Virus record (IMG/VR): IMGVR_UViG_3300032294_002363
Span: 55,720-119,719 of that record
Reading direction: 5' to 3' (one strand)
Length of the DNA: 64,000 nucleotides
From: a virus
The position numbers and the translations under genes are program-made. Under the pieces are notes generated by a model. It was not told where the DNA came from, did not search any database, and was given only the letters and a program-made list of their open reading frames with translations. Positions 20,041-30,202 of the stretch are shown piece after piece (position 1 is the stretch's first letter; each line of letters opens with the position of its first letter).

Positions 20041-21082
20041 TATCTGATCTTATCATTCTTTCTATTAGTTGGTCAAATGAAATCTCTGGTTTCCATTTTA
20101 ATTGTTCTCTTGCTTCAGATGAATCTCCTAATAATAGATCTACTTCTGCTGGCCTGTAGAATTTAGGATTTATTTTTACTAGAATCTTATTCATAGCATT
20201 TCCTTCGGATATTAGATAATCTGGTAAAACTAAGCATTCATTTTCCTTTTCTCCAACCCAATAAAATTCATTGATATTTGCAAATTTGAAAGATTTTTCT
20301 ACAAATTCTCTTACAGAATGGGTTTCATTTGAAGAAAGAATATATTCTTTTGGTTCTTCTTGATTAAGCATAAGCCATATACCATTAATAAAATCTTCAG
20401 CATGACTCCAATCTCTTTTTGCGTCTAGATTGCCTAGTTCAAGTGGCTCAAATGTTAGTTTAGATGTAATAGCATGACTTATTCTAGCGACATTTTGAGT
20501 TATCTTTCTGGTGACAAATTCTGCTCCTCTTCTTTCGCTCTCATGATTATAAAGAATAGAATGGATAGCAAATAGATTGTAAGAATCTCTATAAACTTTT
20601 GTTATATGTCTAGCGGCTGCTTTTGCAGCACCATATGGACTTCTTGGCCTAATTGGATGTTTTAAGTCTTGTGGGCTATATATTACGTCTCCCATTTCTT
20701 CACTTGACCCTGCAGAATAAAATCTACATTTTGGAGAATATTTTCTAATTGCCTCTAAACATCTCAACACACCAACTGCAGTCGCATCAAACGTCTGCAA
20801 AGGAATTTGCCAACTACTACCAACGAATGATTGCGCGGCAAAGTTAATAAAGTAATCTGGACCTATTTCTTTTACAACTTCATCTATAGAATTACTATCA
20901 GATAAATCTGCGATAACTAATTTAAATCTAGGATTATCTAAATTATGTTTTATATTCTCTAAGTTAGGATTAGAACTTCTTCTTCTTATTCCATAAACCA
21001 TGCAGTCTGTATTATTCAATAAAAAGTCAACCATGTAAGATCCATCTTGTCCTGTAACTCCAGTTATAATAGCTTTTTTCAT
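20021..21082 (-). CDS. gmd: GDP-mannose 4,6-dehydratase
   Basis: ITGVTGQDGSY, NFAAQSFV, AGSSEE, PRSPYGAAK, NHESERRG, GNLDAKRDW, FYRPAEVDLLLGD. Confidence 0.95.
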   Translation of the reverse strand: MKKAIITGVTGQDGSYMVDFLLNNTDCMVYGIRRRSSNPNLENIKHNLDNPRFKLVIADLSDSNSIDEVVKEIGPDYFINFAAQSFVGSSWQIPLQTFDATAVGVLRCLEAIRKYSPKCRFYSAGSSEEMGDVIYSPQDLKHPIRPRSPYGAAKAAARHITKVYRDSYNLFAIHSILYNHESERRGAEFVTRKITQNVARISHAITSKLTFEPLELGNLDAKRDWSHAEDFINGIWLMLNQEEPKEYILSSNETHSVREFVEKSFKFANINEFYWVGEKENECLVLPDYLISEGNAMNKILVKINPKFYRPAEVDLLLGDSSEAREQLKWKPEISFDQLIERMIRSDIEKYKS

Positions 21083-21432
21083 TAGTTTTTAAATCCTTGA
21101 TATAATTTTACATTTTCTTCTGAGAATTTTTTAGCATGATTTTTACTAATATAAACATCGAGGAAACTATTAATTGCTTTTATTAGCTTTGGTCTTCTAT
21201 CTTTGAAGCAATAATCTACTTTCCTTTTAATATCGGCTAACTCTTGGTCAGTCTTTGCTGCCCCAGCCGCATCCTCTAATTTCCACATTCTAATATGTAA
21301 AACGATAAATCTATCTAGAATCTCGGAGAATGTCTCGCTAAATTCTAAATTCTCAACATTTAATGGTTCTTTATCAAATCTATCAGCAATTTCTTCTAAA
21401 AGAAGTTCGCTTATTTTTTCTATTCTACTCAT
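21082..21432 (-). CDS. Hypothetical helical protein, DUF4254-like
   Basis: ETFSEILDRFIVLHIRMWKLED resembles DUF4254 proteins seen in glycosylation loci. Confidence 0.4.
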   Translation of the reverse strand: MSRIEKISELLLEEIADRFDKEPLNVENLEFSETFSEILDRFIVLHIRMWKLEDAAGAAKTDQELADIKRKVDYCFKDRRPKLIKAINSFLDVYISKNHAKKFSEENVKLYQGFKN

Positions 21433-21452
21433 CTTATGATTTTAAATGAAAA

Positions 21453-22613
21453 TTAAAACTTTTTCAATATTTTAATCTGACTATCTTTAATATTTGGATA
21501 TATTCCAATATAAAAACCATTATTATGTAAAAATTCACTATTCTTAAAATTTTTATAGTTATCGTATTCTTTATAACATGTCTGTTTTAATAAGTTTCCA
21601 GATATAATAGGCCTAGTTTCTATTCCGTTATCTTTACAAAACTTCATCAATGATTTTATAAAATTTGCATCTTTAGATATAAATGGAAAACAAAATGGCA
21701 CTGCAGTTCTGCCTTCTATAACTTTAGGCAGGATAATATCCTTACTATTGAATATATCTTTAATTTTATTATAAATGTTAATTCTTTTTTCTATATATTC
21801 ATCAATTCTTGCAAAATCAAGTAGTCCAATGAAAGCGTTTATGTCACTATTACGAAAATTATTACCTAAAGAATAAAAATCAAATAAACCATCTACATTT
21901 TGATTAGCGTAGTCTTTTGTATCAATTCCATATACAGATAAACTTCTAGTCATTCCATGATTCCTATTCATTAAGAGATACCTATATTCTTCTTCTGAAT
22001 TAGTAAATATAAAACCTCCCTCAACGCTTTGAAGTTGATGACCAAAATAAGTGCTTGTTGTGCTAGTAAAATACGAAGATACGTTCCTGTCATTATAAAG
22101 ACCTAAAGTATTTTCGCAATTATCAAGGAATACTTTAACATTATATCTTTTCTCTAAATCTTTTAGTCTTTGAATATCTGGCACTTGCCCTATTAGTGAA
22201 ACGCATAGAATAGCTGCAACATTTTGATGATTATTTTTTAAATATTCTTCTGTTAAATCTAGATCTAGACAGAGATCGTTTAAACTTATGTCAATAAACT
22301 TAGGTTTAAAACCTTCTCTTATGAAGGGAGATATTGAAGTAGTCCAAGTCGTTGATGGAAAAATTACTATATTTTTTAACTTTGCTTTATTTGCATCTCT
22401 GAGATTCATAGCTATGAGAGTATTCGCAGTTGAACCGCTAGATACAAAAACTGAATATTTAACATTTACATATTCAGCGAACTCCTTCTCTATCTTTTTA
22501 ACATATTTATGTTGTGTCCAAAAGTTATTTTTATTTAAAACAAATAGTGAAAGTTTTATTCTATCTAGAAAGGTAAAGCTCGAATTATTTAAAGGCCAGT
22601 TAAAATTACTCAT
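21453..22613 (-). CDS. DegT/DnrJ-family PLP enzyme, ColD/E1-type sugar 3-dehydratase
   Basis: FVSSGSTAN, DNCE, STYFGHQLQSVEGG (His at the usual PLP-Lys position), RPIISGNL. Confidence 0.8.
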   Translation of the reverse strand: MSNFNWPLNNSSFTFLDRIKLSLFVLNKNNFWTQHKYVKKIEKEFAEYVNVKYSVFVSSGSTANTLIAMNLRDANKAKLKNIVIFPSTTWTTSISPFIREGFKPKFIDISLNDLCLDLDLTEEYLKNNHQNVAAILCVSLIGQVPDIQRLKDLEKRYNVKVFLDNCENTLGLYNDRNVSSYFTSTTSTYFGHQLQSVEGGFIFTNSEEEYRYLLMNRNHGMTRSLSVYGIDTKDYANQNVDGLFDFYSLGNNFRNSDINAFIGLLDFARIDEYIEKRINIYNKIKDIFNSKDIILPKVIEGRTAVPFCFPFISKDANFIKSLMKFCKDNGIETRPIISGNLLKQTCYKEYDNYKNFKNSEFLHNNGFYIGIYPNIKDSQIKILKKF

Positions 22614-22649
22614 CTAGTTATATATGATAATATATGGGTTCTGTTTTTT

Positions 22650-23420
22650 CTAAAAATTGATTTCTTTATGTATAGTTGGCTTTGGTATATTATAATTCTT
22701 ATAGAAATCATCATTAAGTTCTAGCTTTTCTTCTGTAATATTCCATTTATAAGAACAGATACCATTATATCTAAAATTTTGATATTTTACTTTATTTTTT
22801 AAAAACTCTTTATCTCCACACCAAGAATAATGCTTTACATGAGCTAAGTTTTTAGGTATTTCTAGATTAGAAAGCTTTTTATAATCTACCAAAGAATTAC
22901 CATCGCTATAATTTATATCATTTTCAAAATAAAAACTATCTATTTTTAATCTATTAAAATTAGTCTTAAAAATCCTTGGCGGACAAAATCCATCAATCCA
23001 AGTATATTCATTATTGAAATAATTCTTAAAATTTAGTCTGAACCAGCAAATGAATTCTTGATTTAGTACGAAGTTTTTTACATTTAATATTTCTTGTTTA
23101 GTATAGAATTCATCTCCGTCTAAAAGCCATATATAATCTACACCCTGTTTAATTAAAAATTCTAAAGGCTTATTTCTTACTATAGAGTCATTTGATACTT
23201 CGTCTGAATATAAATATGATATTAGATCATTATATTTGTCTTTTAAAAGAGTTTTTGTCTCTAGATCTTCTTGTATATAATTTATATTTATATACTGATC
23301 AAACTTGACTGAAGCGGCTGCAAAAACAAACTCATCTTTAAAATCTAACCAAGGTAGTAAAACTTTATCTAGATACTTTGGAAAACCATAAAAATTACAT
23401 AGTATTCCAAATTTCATCAA
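22650..23420 (-). CDS. Glycosyltransferase (GT-A/GT2-like)
   Basis: YIWLLDGDEFY, PPRIFK, HVKHYSW. Confidence 0.7.
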   Translation of the reverse strand: MMKFGILCNFYGFPKYLDKVLLPWLDFKDEFVFAAASVKFDQYININYIQEDLETKTLLKDKYNDLISYLYSDEVSNDSIVRNKPLEFLIKQGVDYIWLLDGDEFYTKQEILNVKNFVLNQEFICWFRLNFKNYFNNEYTWIDGFCPPRIFKTNFNRLKIDSFYFENDINYSDGNSLVDYKKLSNLEIPKNLAHVKHYSWCGDKEFLKNKVKYQNFRYNGICSYKWNITEEKLELNDDFYKNYNIPKPTIHKEINF

Positions 23421-24019
23421 GATTCTTTAATTCTTGAAGCCCAAACGCATTTCTCGAATACTTCTTGCATGAATGGTTTTAAATTATTATAATTACAACA
23501 ATCAGCTATGTCCGCTTCTTTAGTTTCCCACCAAGCCCAAATATTCTTATTCTTTTGAAATACTTCATGATCTTTATGATAATCATGAGCTAGAATGATA
23601 TCTCCTTTTTTAAGATATTTAGCAAAAGTATTAAATTCTTTTACCTTATTGCCGCCATCACAAAATAGTAAAGTAGTTCCTTCTCTTTGTATCAGATTCT
23701 TAACTTCATTTTCAATAGAGAATATGTCTTTGATAAACCATTTAATTTTCGTTCCTTTTAGGTTTTGATCAAAGTTTCTATTTACAATATCGTAGCAATA
23801 TATCTCTGCTTGTTCGGAGATTTTTGAGTCATGCAATACTAGAGAGAATCCGCCATTATTCATGCCAATCTCTATTATTGTTTTTGGCAATTTATCTTGG
23901 TTTTTTAATTCAAGATATAGTTTATCTAAAGCTTCTATGACATCTATTCTTTGTTCTAGCCTGATATCCTTATAAGAGAACATCATATTATTAGAGTCCA
24001 TTCTTACATTTTGCATCAT
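23417..24019 (-). CDS. Class I SAM-dependent methyltransferase (CmcI/Methyltransf_24-like)
   Basis: IIEIGMNNGGFS, LLFCDGG, GDIILAHDY. Confidence 0.7.
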   Translation of the reverse strand: MMQNVRMDSNNMMFSYKDIRLEQRIDVIEALDKLYLELKNQDKLPKTIIEIGMNNGGFSLVLHDSKISEQAEIYCYDIVNRNFDQNLKGTKIKWFIKDIFSIENEVKNLIQREGTTLLFCDGGNKVKEFNTFAKYLKKGDIILAHDYHKDHEVFQKNKNIWAWWETKEADIADCCNYNNLKPFMQEVFEKCVWASRIKES

Positions 24020-24052
24020 ATGCTTATATCATAACCTAAATATAAAATTTTT

Positions 24053-25951
24053 TCAATAATTAAAATTTATTAATTTAAAGTAATTTATACTCTTGGCGTT
24101 ATCATGTAGTGGCATTAAACTAAATAAAAGGGTATTAGTTATCATCTTAATATTATATAAAATCTTATCATTGTATTTATTTGATATAAAATTATTGAAT
24201 ATGTTTATAAATTCTTGTTGATATTCTAGATTGATATTTTTATCTAAAAGAATATAATCATAACCAATGATAGATTGAAATACCTTGGCATAATCATAGA
24301 ATATATCGCCATATATAGAGAGATCATTACCTAAGACACCACGCATATCAATAAAGTTTATTCTATTTTCTTTATTTATTATAATATTTGAAAATACAGG
24401 GTCGCCATGAATTACTCCTAATTTACCAAGATTTTTCTTTTCATAATCTAAAGAGAAATTTAATAGTTTTGTGTAGATCTCAAGGTGATTATCTAGATAA
24501 GAGTAATTATACTCTTTATATCTCTTTTGCATTTTATCTGCATAATTTTGATATATATTATGTTTTTTAGTTTTTTTATCTTTATATTTATGTATATCAT
24601 CTAAAGTGTTCAATATGTCTGAAAGATTAGATTGAGTCAAGCTTGAGTTTACAAATAATTGCGAAGCAGTAATGCCTTGTATTTTTTCTATTTCAATAAA
24701 ATTTGAGCCGTAATTAATTAGTTTAGGAAAATATTTATTTATTTTAGTTTTGTGAGCTTTTAAAAACTTATACCAATATATCTCTCCTTGAAGTTTAGGA
24801 TCCTCTGATTTTTTAAGTATACTTGAACCAGTATCATCCACAGAATTAAAACTTCTGCTCTTTAGATTCTGTTGATAGAATCCTAGATTTTTATCTAAGC
24901 TTTGAAATGCATTAAAAGCAATATCATCTATATAAAAGTCTGCGTATGGTTTTCCAAAATAGATTTCATCATATGGAATATCAAATCTTTGTAAAGTATC
25001 AAATGTAATCTTTCCTATGTCTTGAATTACCGCTGATACATTTCCTTTATGAGTTCGCATCCTTCTAGCCGTATAAATTATAATAGTATGTCCTAAAGAC
25101 TTAAGAAATTTAAGATATTGTATATTCTTTTTAATTGGTTCTACGGATGCATAATCATTAGGTATTTTTGGAAAAGTAACTAAGGTATTATCAAGATCAA
25201 AACATATTCTTTTTTTAATAATATTGTCTTTATTCCTTAAGCAGTATACTTCTAATTGCTCTGGAGTTCCCAAGCAATTAAAGTCTTTAATTTCTTTTGA
25301 GGAAATTTTAATATTATTTCTTAACATTAAATTATATATAGAAGATATATAGTACTCTTTAACTTTATTATCTAATGGTTCATTGATTAATAGTTCAGCA
25401 AATTTTTTGAGTAAACTTAATTTTTTAAAGCAATAAGCGCCAACATTTGCATTATCGGAGATCTTAACTTTTTCTTTGATTTCTATAACTTGATTATTTT
25501 TTATCTTTATGTATGAATATATAGGTTTATCTTTATAATCTTTAAAAAAGAAAATCAAATTATTGTTGATCTTTTTACATTCAGTAATGATATCTTCCTC
25601 ATAGAAAGTATCACAATCTAAGCAGAGTGTTAAATTATCATCAAATAGATCTTTGGGTATTTGATTAATTCCAGATAATATCGTTTCTGCTGCGCCTCTT
25701 GTTTTAAAATCTATTCTGATAAAATAAATATTTAGATTTTTATTTTTAAATGTAACAATATCTTTGAAATTAAATTCATCTAGCTCTGAGTTGTAGAATA
25801 TAAAAACTTTATCTTCCTCAGAGATATTCAATTTTTTTAATAGCAAATTAATAATTGAGTCACCTAGAGCATTAACTAAGGGCTTTGGATATAGATATCC
25901 AGCGGTTTTAAATCTTTCACCAAGACCTCCGATTGGAATAATAATATTCAT
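24053..25951 (-). CDS. Trifunctional fusion: nucleotidyltransferase + HAD phosphatase + APH/choline-kinase-like kinase
   Basis: IIIPIGGLGERF..YPKPL; CFDLDNTL..YTARRM..FGKPYADFYIDD; HGDPVFSNII..IDMRG. Confidence 0.85.
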   Translation of the reverse strand: MNIIIPIGGLGERFKTAGYLYPKPLVNALGDSIINLLLKKLNISEEDKVFIFYNSELDEFNFKDIVTFKNKNLNIYFIRIDFKTRGAAETILSGINQIPKDLFDDNLTLCLDCDTFYEEDIITECKKINNNLIFFFKDYKDKPIYSYIKIKNNQVIEIKEKVKISDNANVGAYCFKKLSLLKKFAELLINEPLDNKVKEYYISSIYNLMLRNNIKISSKEIKDFNCLGTPEQLEVYCLRNKDNIIKKRICFDLDNTLVTFPKIPNDYASVEPIKKNIQYLKFLKSLGHTIIIYTARRMRTHKGNVSAVIQDIGKITFDTLQRFDIPYDEIYFGKPYADFYIDDIAFNAFQSLDKNLGFYQQNLKSRSFNSVDDTGSSILKKSEDPKLQGEIYWYKFLKAHKTKINKYFPKLINYGSNFIEIEKIQGITASQLFVNSSLTQSNLSDILNTLDDIHKYKDKKTKKHNIYQNYADKMQKRYKEYNYSYLDNHLEIYTKLLNFSLDYEKKNLGKLGVIHGDPVFSNIIINKENRINFIDMRGVLGNDLSIYGDIFYDYAKVFQSIIGYDYILLDKNINLEYQQEFINIFNNFISNKYNDKILYNIKMITNTLLFSLMPLHDNAKSINYFKLINFNY

Positions 25952-26697
25952 TAGTGTTTGATACTATTACCACGATGAAACAAATGTCTAAGTTTATTGC
26001 ATTCAAAGTCATGCTCATTTGTTATATCCAAATAATCCTTTGCATATTTCAATTGCATCATCTCTGGCGTTATATGGTTTTCTTTAAATGATTCTAGATT
26101 CTCATAGAAAAACTCAACTTGCTTTGCCCAAGTATAAAAGTCTTCTCTTTTAAATAGAAACAGTACATCCCACCAATAGTAGCCTCTTTTATTCTTAGAA
26201 AAGATATTTTTATCTATTTTATCCATCATTAGCATGTCATATCTAGTTAAAATAATCCAATCATATCTTACATTATTTGTTCTTTCATAATTCTCTAAGG
26301 CTTGCGAGACATTTTTTATACTATTAAAAGCAGAGTAGTATCCAAACAATCCAGAATATTTTTTATCTTTATCTGAAAGGTTATTATACTCAACAGAGTT
26401 TGTAGAGTAAATCTTATCTAAATTAAAGATTTTAGGTTCAAGAGGATCTGTATAGCTTAAATGTTTTGGATTATAGATAGATATAACATCTTGTACATCT
26501 TGAATACTAGTTCTATTGATATGATCTGTTTCTTGTTTACTCCAAGGCGCACCATAAAGCTGTTTTTCCGAGTGGCTCCACCAAAAATGACAAAATATAT
26601 CTTTTATACCTAAAGGATTTATAAAAGTTTCAAAATGATTTTGAAAACAATATCTAAAGGTTCTTAATTGACCATAATAACACAAAGCAATATTCAT
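25951..26697 (-). CDS. Hypothetical protein of glycan-modification loci (GT-like)
   Basis: IALCYYGQLR, DIFCHFW, YDWIILTRYD. Confidence 0.5.
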   Translation of the reverse strand: MNIALCYYGQLRTFRYCFQNHFETFINPLGIKDIFCHFWWSHSEKQLYGAPWSKQETDHINRTSIQDVQDVISIYNPKHLSYTDPLEPKIFNLDKIYSTNSVEYNNLSDKDKKYSGLFGYYSAFNSIKNVSQALENYERTNNVRYDWIILTRYDMLMMDKIDKNIFSKNKRGYYWWDVLFLFKREDFYTWAKQVEFFYENLESFKENHITPEMMQLKYAKDYLDITNEHDFECNKLRHLFHRGNSIKH

Positions 26698-26699
26698 CT

Positions 26700-27551
26700 C
26701 TATATCTTTTTATAACTGAATGTTACTCCCATGTCATCTTCTGATATATTATAAAACATTGTATTAAAGTCTAGCCAATTTTCTGTATTAACATGAGGAT
26801 ACATTCCGTAATGTTTCTGTGGAACAAATTCATGTCTCATAAAGTCTTGATAAGAAATTCTATACTTTGGAAAATCATTATGCTGATCTGTAATAACGAT
26901 TTTCTTAATTATATTTGGATAGCAGTTAGCTATTGCCATCGGTCCAGAATTAACGCCAATAAATATAAAGGAATCTCTAACTATTTGAACCAATTCATCT
27001 AATGATGATCCTCTCTTATCAATTACTCCTGCATCTGTATCAGAGCCTTTGCCTATTTGGATAATATCAAAGTCTTTGTATGTATTTTTTATTTGTTCAA
27101 CAATAAAACTTGGAATTTCTCCAGCCGTTGAATTTCCAGGCCCAACATTCAATGCTATTGATTTATAGTTTAATTTTTGTAAATGATTATCGTATAGATT
27201 AAAATGTCTAAGATAACAAGTTAATCCTAACCTTTGACAATGTTTATCTGGTCTTCCTGAATACTGTACTCCATACAGCTTTTTTGCTTCTTCTTCTGGG
27301 TATGAAAAGAGTCGGTCTAAAACTAAGATCTTATCTGGTACTTCGTCTTGAATAACATATGGATTATTCTGTAAAAACCAATATTTATAAGGATTATAAA
27401 GTTTAATACCAAAATTTTTATATAGATTCTCTGGAAAATGGGTGTACTGAATCTTATCTCCTAAACCGCACCCTTCTATCATAACGCCGACTTTATTATT
27501 GAATATAAAGTCTTTAAAATCTTTTTGATAATTATTCATATAGTTTTCCAA
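26700..27551 (-). CDS. GT9-like glycosyltransferase
   Basis: GLGDKIQYT, IIQIG, FIGVNSGPMAIA. Confidence 0.65.
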   Translation of the reverse strand: MENYMNNYQKDFKDFIFNNKVGVMIEGCGLGDKIQYTHFPENLYKNFGIKLYNPYKYWFLQNNPYVIQDEVPDKILVLDRLFSYPEEEAKKLYGVQYSGRPDKHCQRLGLTCYLRHFNLYDNHLQKLNYKSIALNVGPGNSTAGEIPSFIVEQIKNTYKDFDIIQIGKGSDTDAGVIDKRGSSLDELVQIVRDSFIFIGVNSGPMAIANCYPNIIKKIVITDQHNDFPKYRISYQDFMRHEFVPQKHYGMYPHVNTENWLDFNTMFYNISEDDMGVTFSYKKI

Positions 27552-28330
27552 AGTGGTAAATTTGTAGGAATTAAACCATCTTGATGTAGATCATTTTTAT
27601 TTAGAGAATGAGTATTTGAGTCTCCTCCTGTGGCTTTTTCCCAAAATGATTTCCAAAAGACATTTCTTTTTACTCTATCATCGAAATTCGTATAACCTAA
27701 ATGATAAACAAAAGGATTATTATCTTTGATATAATCATAAGGATTTTTATAATTTGTAGCTTGAACTATATTAAGAGTTGGAACTAATTGGCTGTCTTTA
27801 TCTATTAGTTCGTCAGTACTAGTCTTATTATAATCTGGTCTACCATTATCTTTTATACCAAAGTTTACCGCGCCGCGATATAAACCTTTTTTATGTATAT
27901 ACCATTTAAAACTTATGTCTTTATAATGATAAAAATCTCCATAAAGATTAATAACTGGCACAAATAAAGCTTGAACCATGTTTATTTTTAGAAATTGTTC
28001 TGAAACTTTGATTAAGGTATCTTTATTGCCACCAAATCTTTCATCTAAGTCTTGTAGCATACATATATCGCCAGTACAAGCTTGAAGAGCGGAGTTTACT
28101 ATTTTACCATAACAAAATGGATCATCATAACTAAAACTTGTATCTACAATTTTTACATTGAGATTATTGTCTTTTACATATTGGCTAACTACCTCAAGAG
28201 AATTATCTTCGCTTTTATTTATAGCTAGACAAACTTCATCTGCGTAATATAAAAAGTTCTTAATTGCATCTTGATAATTAAAATTGTTTTTAACAATATT
28301 AAAAGCTGTCGAATATATACTTATTTTCAT
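27536..28330 (-). CDS. Glycosyltransferase (GT2-like)
   Basis: ISIYSTAFN, DEVCLA, SEDNS, LQDLDE, YHLG. Confidence 0.7.
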   Translation of the reverse strand: MKISIYSTAFNIVKNNFNYQDAIKNFLYYADEVCLAINKSEDNSLEVVSQYVKDNNLNVKIVDTSFSYDDPFCYGKIVNSALQACTGDICMLQDLDERFGGNKDTLIKVSEQFLKINMVQALFVPVINLYGDFYHYKDISFKWYIHKKGLYRGAVNFGIKDNGRPDYNKTSTDELIDKDSQLVPTLNIVQATNYKNPYDYIKDNNPFVYHLGYTNFDDRVKRNVFWKSFWEKATGGDSNTHSLNKNDLHQDGLIPTNLPLWKTI

Positions 28331-29167
28331 TTAAATTCCCCACATCTTTGTAATTTCTTCTACAGAAAGATTCTTAATAAAGTATAAATAATATCTTTGT
28401 AAGATTGGCTCTTTGTTAAACATGCTCAAGAAAATATTATCGCTTTTCCAATCGTCTGTCATAAGAAAATTATGAAGGCTTTCTATGCTAAATTCTAAGT
28501 TATATTTTAATCTAGAATATTCTCTTATATTTACTCTATTAGCCTCAAGTTCTTGGAATTCCTTTATATTATTTTCTCTTCCTAAAAGCAAGTGATTTGA
28601 CCGACCATATACCCAATAATATTTTAAATGATGCTTGTACCAATCTGGTCTTGTTCTGCCTTCTATTCTTGTATTCCAAGTTATTTCTTTATTTTCATCT
28701 GTATGAGCAAAATATTTTGCTAAATCAACTCTATTATCTCTAGCATTTACTATTCCCCAATGTGGATTTCCTTGAAAATACATATCATCGTAATACTTAA
28801 ATAGAAATCCTTTACCTAGCCACCAGCATGAAGATATTTGATTCTTCTCTAAATCTTTTATAAAAGGTTTGATATCCGAAGTGAAGGAAGGATTAAGCCT
28901 CTCCTCATCGTCTCGCAATAGAAACCAATCGCCGTTTTTCATTCCTCCTTGGCGAAGAATTTCATTATTTTGAAAATCAAAATCGTTAGTCCATTTTCTA
29001 TGTATAATATTTCCTTGACCTTTTCTTTGCTCTAAAAGCTCTCTTGTCCCATCTGTTGATCCACCATCAACAAATATAAGTCCATCAAAGTGATTAAATA
29101 TATCCTTTGTAAGCTCGTCTATTTTTTGTTTCTTATCTTGGGTTATTCCACATAAGTATACTTTCAT
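28331..29167 (-). CDS. Glycosyltransferase (GT2)
   Basis: FVDGGSTDGTRE, WFLLRDDEE. Confidence 0.8.
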   Translation of the reverse strand: MKVYLCGITQDKKQKIDELTKDIFNHFDGLIFVDGGSTDGTRELLEQRKGQGNIIHRKWTNDFDFQNNEILRQGGMKNGDWFLLRDDEERLNPSFTSDIKPFIKDLEKNQISSCWWLGKGFLFKYYDDMYFQGNPHWGIVNARDNRVDLAKYFAHTDENKEITWNTRIEGRTRPDWYKHHLKYYWVYGRSNHLLLGRENNIKEFQELEANRVNIREYSRLKYNLEFSIESLHNFLMTDDWKSDNIFLSMFNKEPILQRYYLYFIKNLSVEEITKMWGI

Positions 29168-30159
29168 TTATTGAACTCCTCAATTATTTGTTCTAATTCA
29201 TTCTTGCAGTGATATTTGTTCTTATAAAAATTAAAAATCTCTTCTCTGTTTATATCCATAGCTTTTTGTTTTAAAGTAGGTAAATCTTCTAAAGATTTCA
29301 AAGTCAAATCAAAAAATTTAGCATTATTCGTCACACCGCCTTGATCTTCATCTAAAGTTAGAACTGGCGTACCTCTTGAGAATGACTCTAAAGTAACAAT
29401 ATTACATGATTCTATTAATCTAGTAAATTGACATAAAGCTATAGCTTTTGAAAAGACTTTATTTTTATCTTCATCATTTAAGCCTAAATTGAACGATAAG
29501 TTTTTAATATTTAAATTTTTTATAAAATTCTCTAGATTTTCACTATTCCATTTTGATCCATATGCTACAAAATTTTCATTTGGATACAATTGAGCTAGTT
29601 TAATAAATATATCTAAACCTTTTGGTTGAAGCCCCCAACCAAGACTAGCGCACCATAAGAAATATTCCTTAGTTTGATCTTCTTTATTAAGATAAAACTC
29701 TTCCTCCCCAAGTCCGTGCGGAATTACGCATGTCTCTTCCTCTTTATAAAAACCATTATAAGATATCTTCTGATTTAAAGATAAAAATCTATTTTTAATA
29801 TTTTTTGATGAATATATCTGCTTTTGTGGTCTAGAGCCTTTAGCCATGCCTCCACAATTAGCATTTATTACTTTGATATTATTTTGATCTAAGACTTTTA
29901 AAGCTTCCTCATGTAAATTATATGATATAATATGTTTAGATGTATCTAAAAAGTTTATAGAATGCTCTGTAAATTGTTTTAAATCTTCAAATGGTATTAA
30001 TATATAATCTTCTATATCTTTTAAAGGTTTTTGAGATATAATCTTTAAATTAATTTTATTGCTTCTACAATGTTTTATGAAAGCTTCTATGCGCTTCTCT
30101 ATTCCTCCAGCTAGGTGAGAAGGAAATATCTCATGAGTATTTAAAAGGGTTATATTCAA
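29164..30159 (-). CDS. Glycosyltransferase (GT4)
   Basis: GGIEKRI, VIPHGL, PKGLD, ESCNIVTLESFSRGTPV. Confidence 0.8.
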   Translation of the reverse strand: MNITLLNTHEIFPSHLAGGIEKRIEAFIKHCRSNKINLKIISQKPLKDIEDYILIPFEDLKQFTEHSINFLDTSKHIISYNLHEEALKVLDQNNIKVINANCGGMAKGSRPQKQIYSSKNIKNRFLSLNQKISYNGFYKEEETCVIPHGLGEEEFYLNKEDQTKEYFLWCASLGWGLQPKGLDIFIKLAQLYPNENFVAYGSKWNSENLENFIKNLNIKNLSFNLGLNDEDKNKVFSKAIALCQFTRLIESCNIVTLESFSRGTPVLTLDEDQGGVTNNAKFFDLTLKSLEDLPTLKQKAMDINREEIFNFYKNKYHCKNELEQIIEEFNK

Positions 30160-30168
30160 TCTATAATA

Positions 30169-30197
30169 ATAGTAATATTATATTATAGATAAGTCAA
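30169..30197 (-). promoter_or_regulatory. Sigma70-like promoter TTGACT-N17-TACTAT heading the glycosylation island
   Basis: Consensus spacing upstream of 30159. Confidence 0.55.
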
Positions 30198-30202
30198 GTA
30201 AA

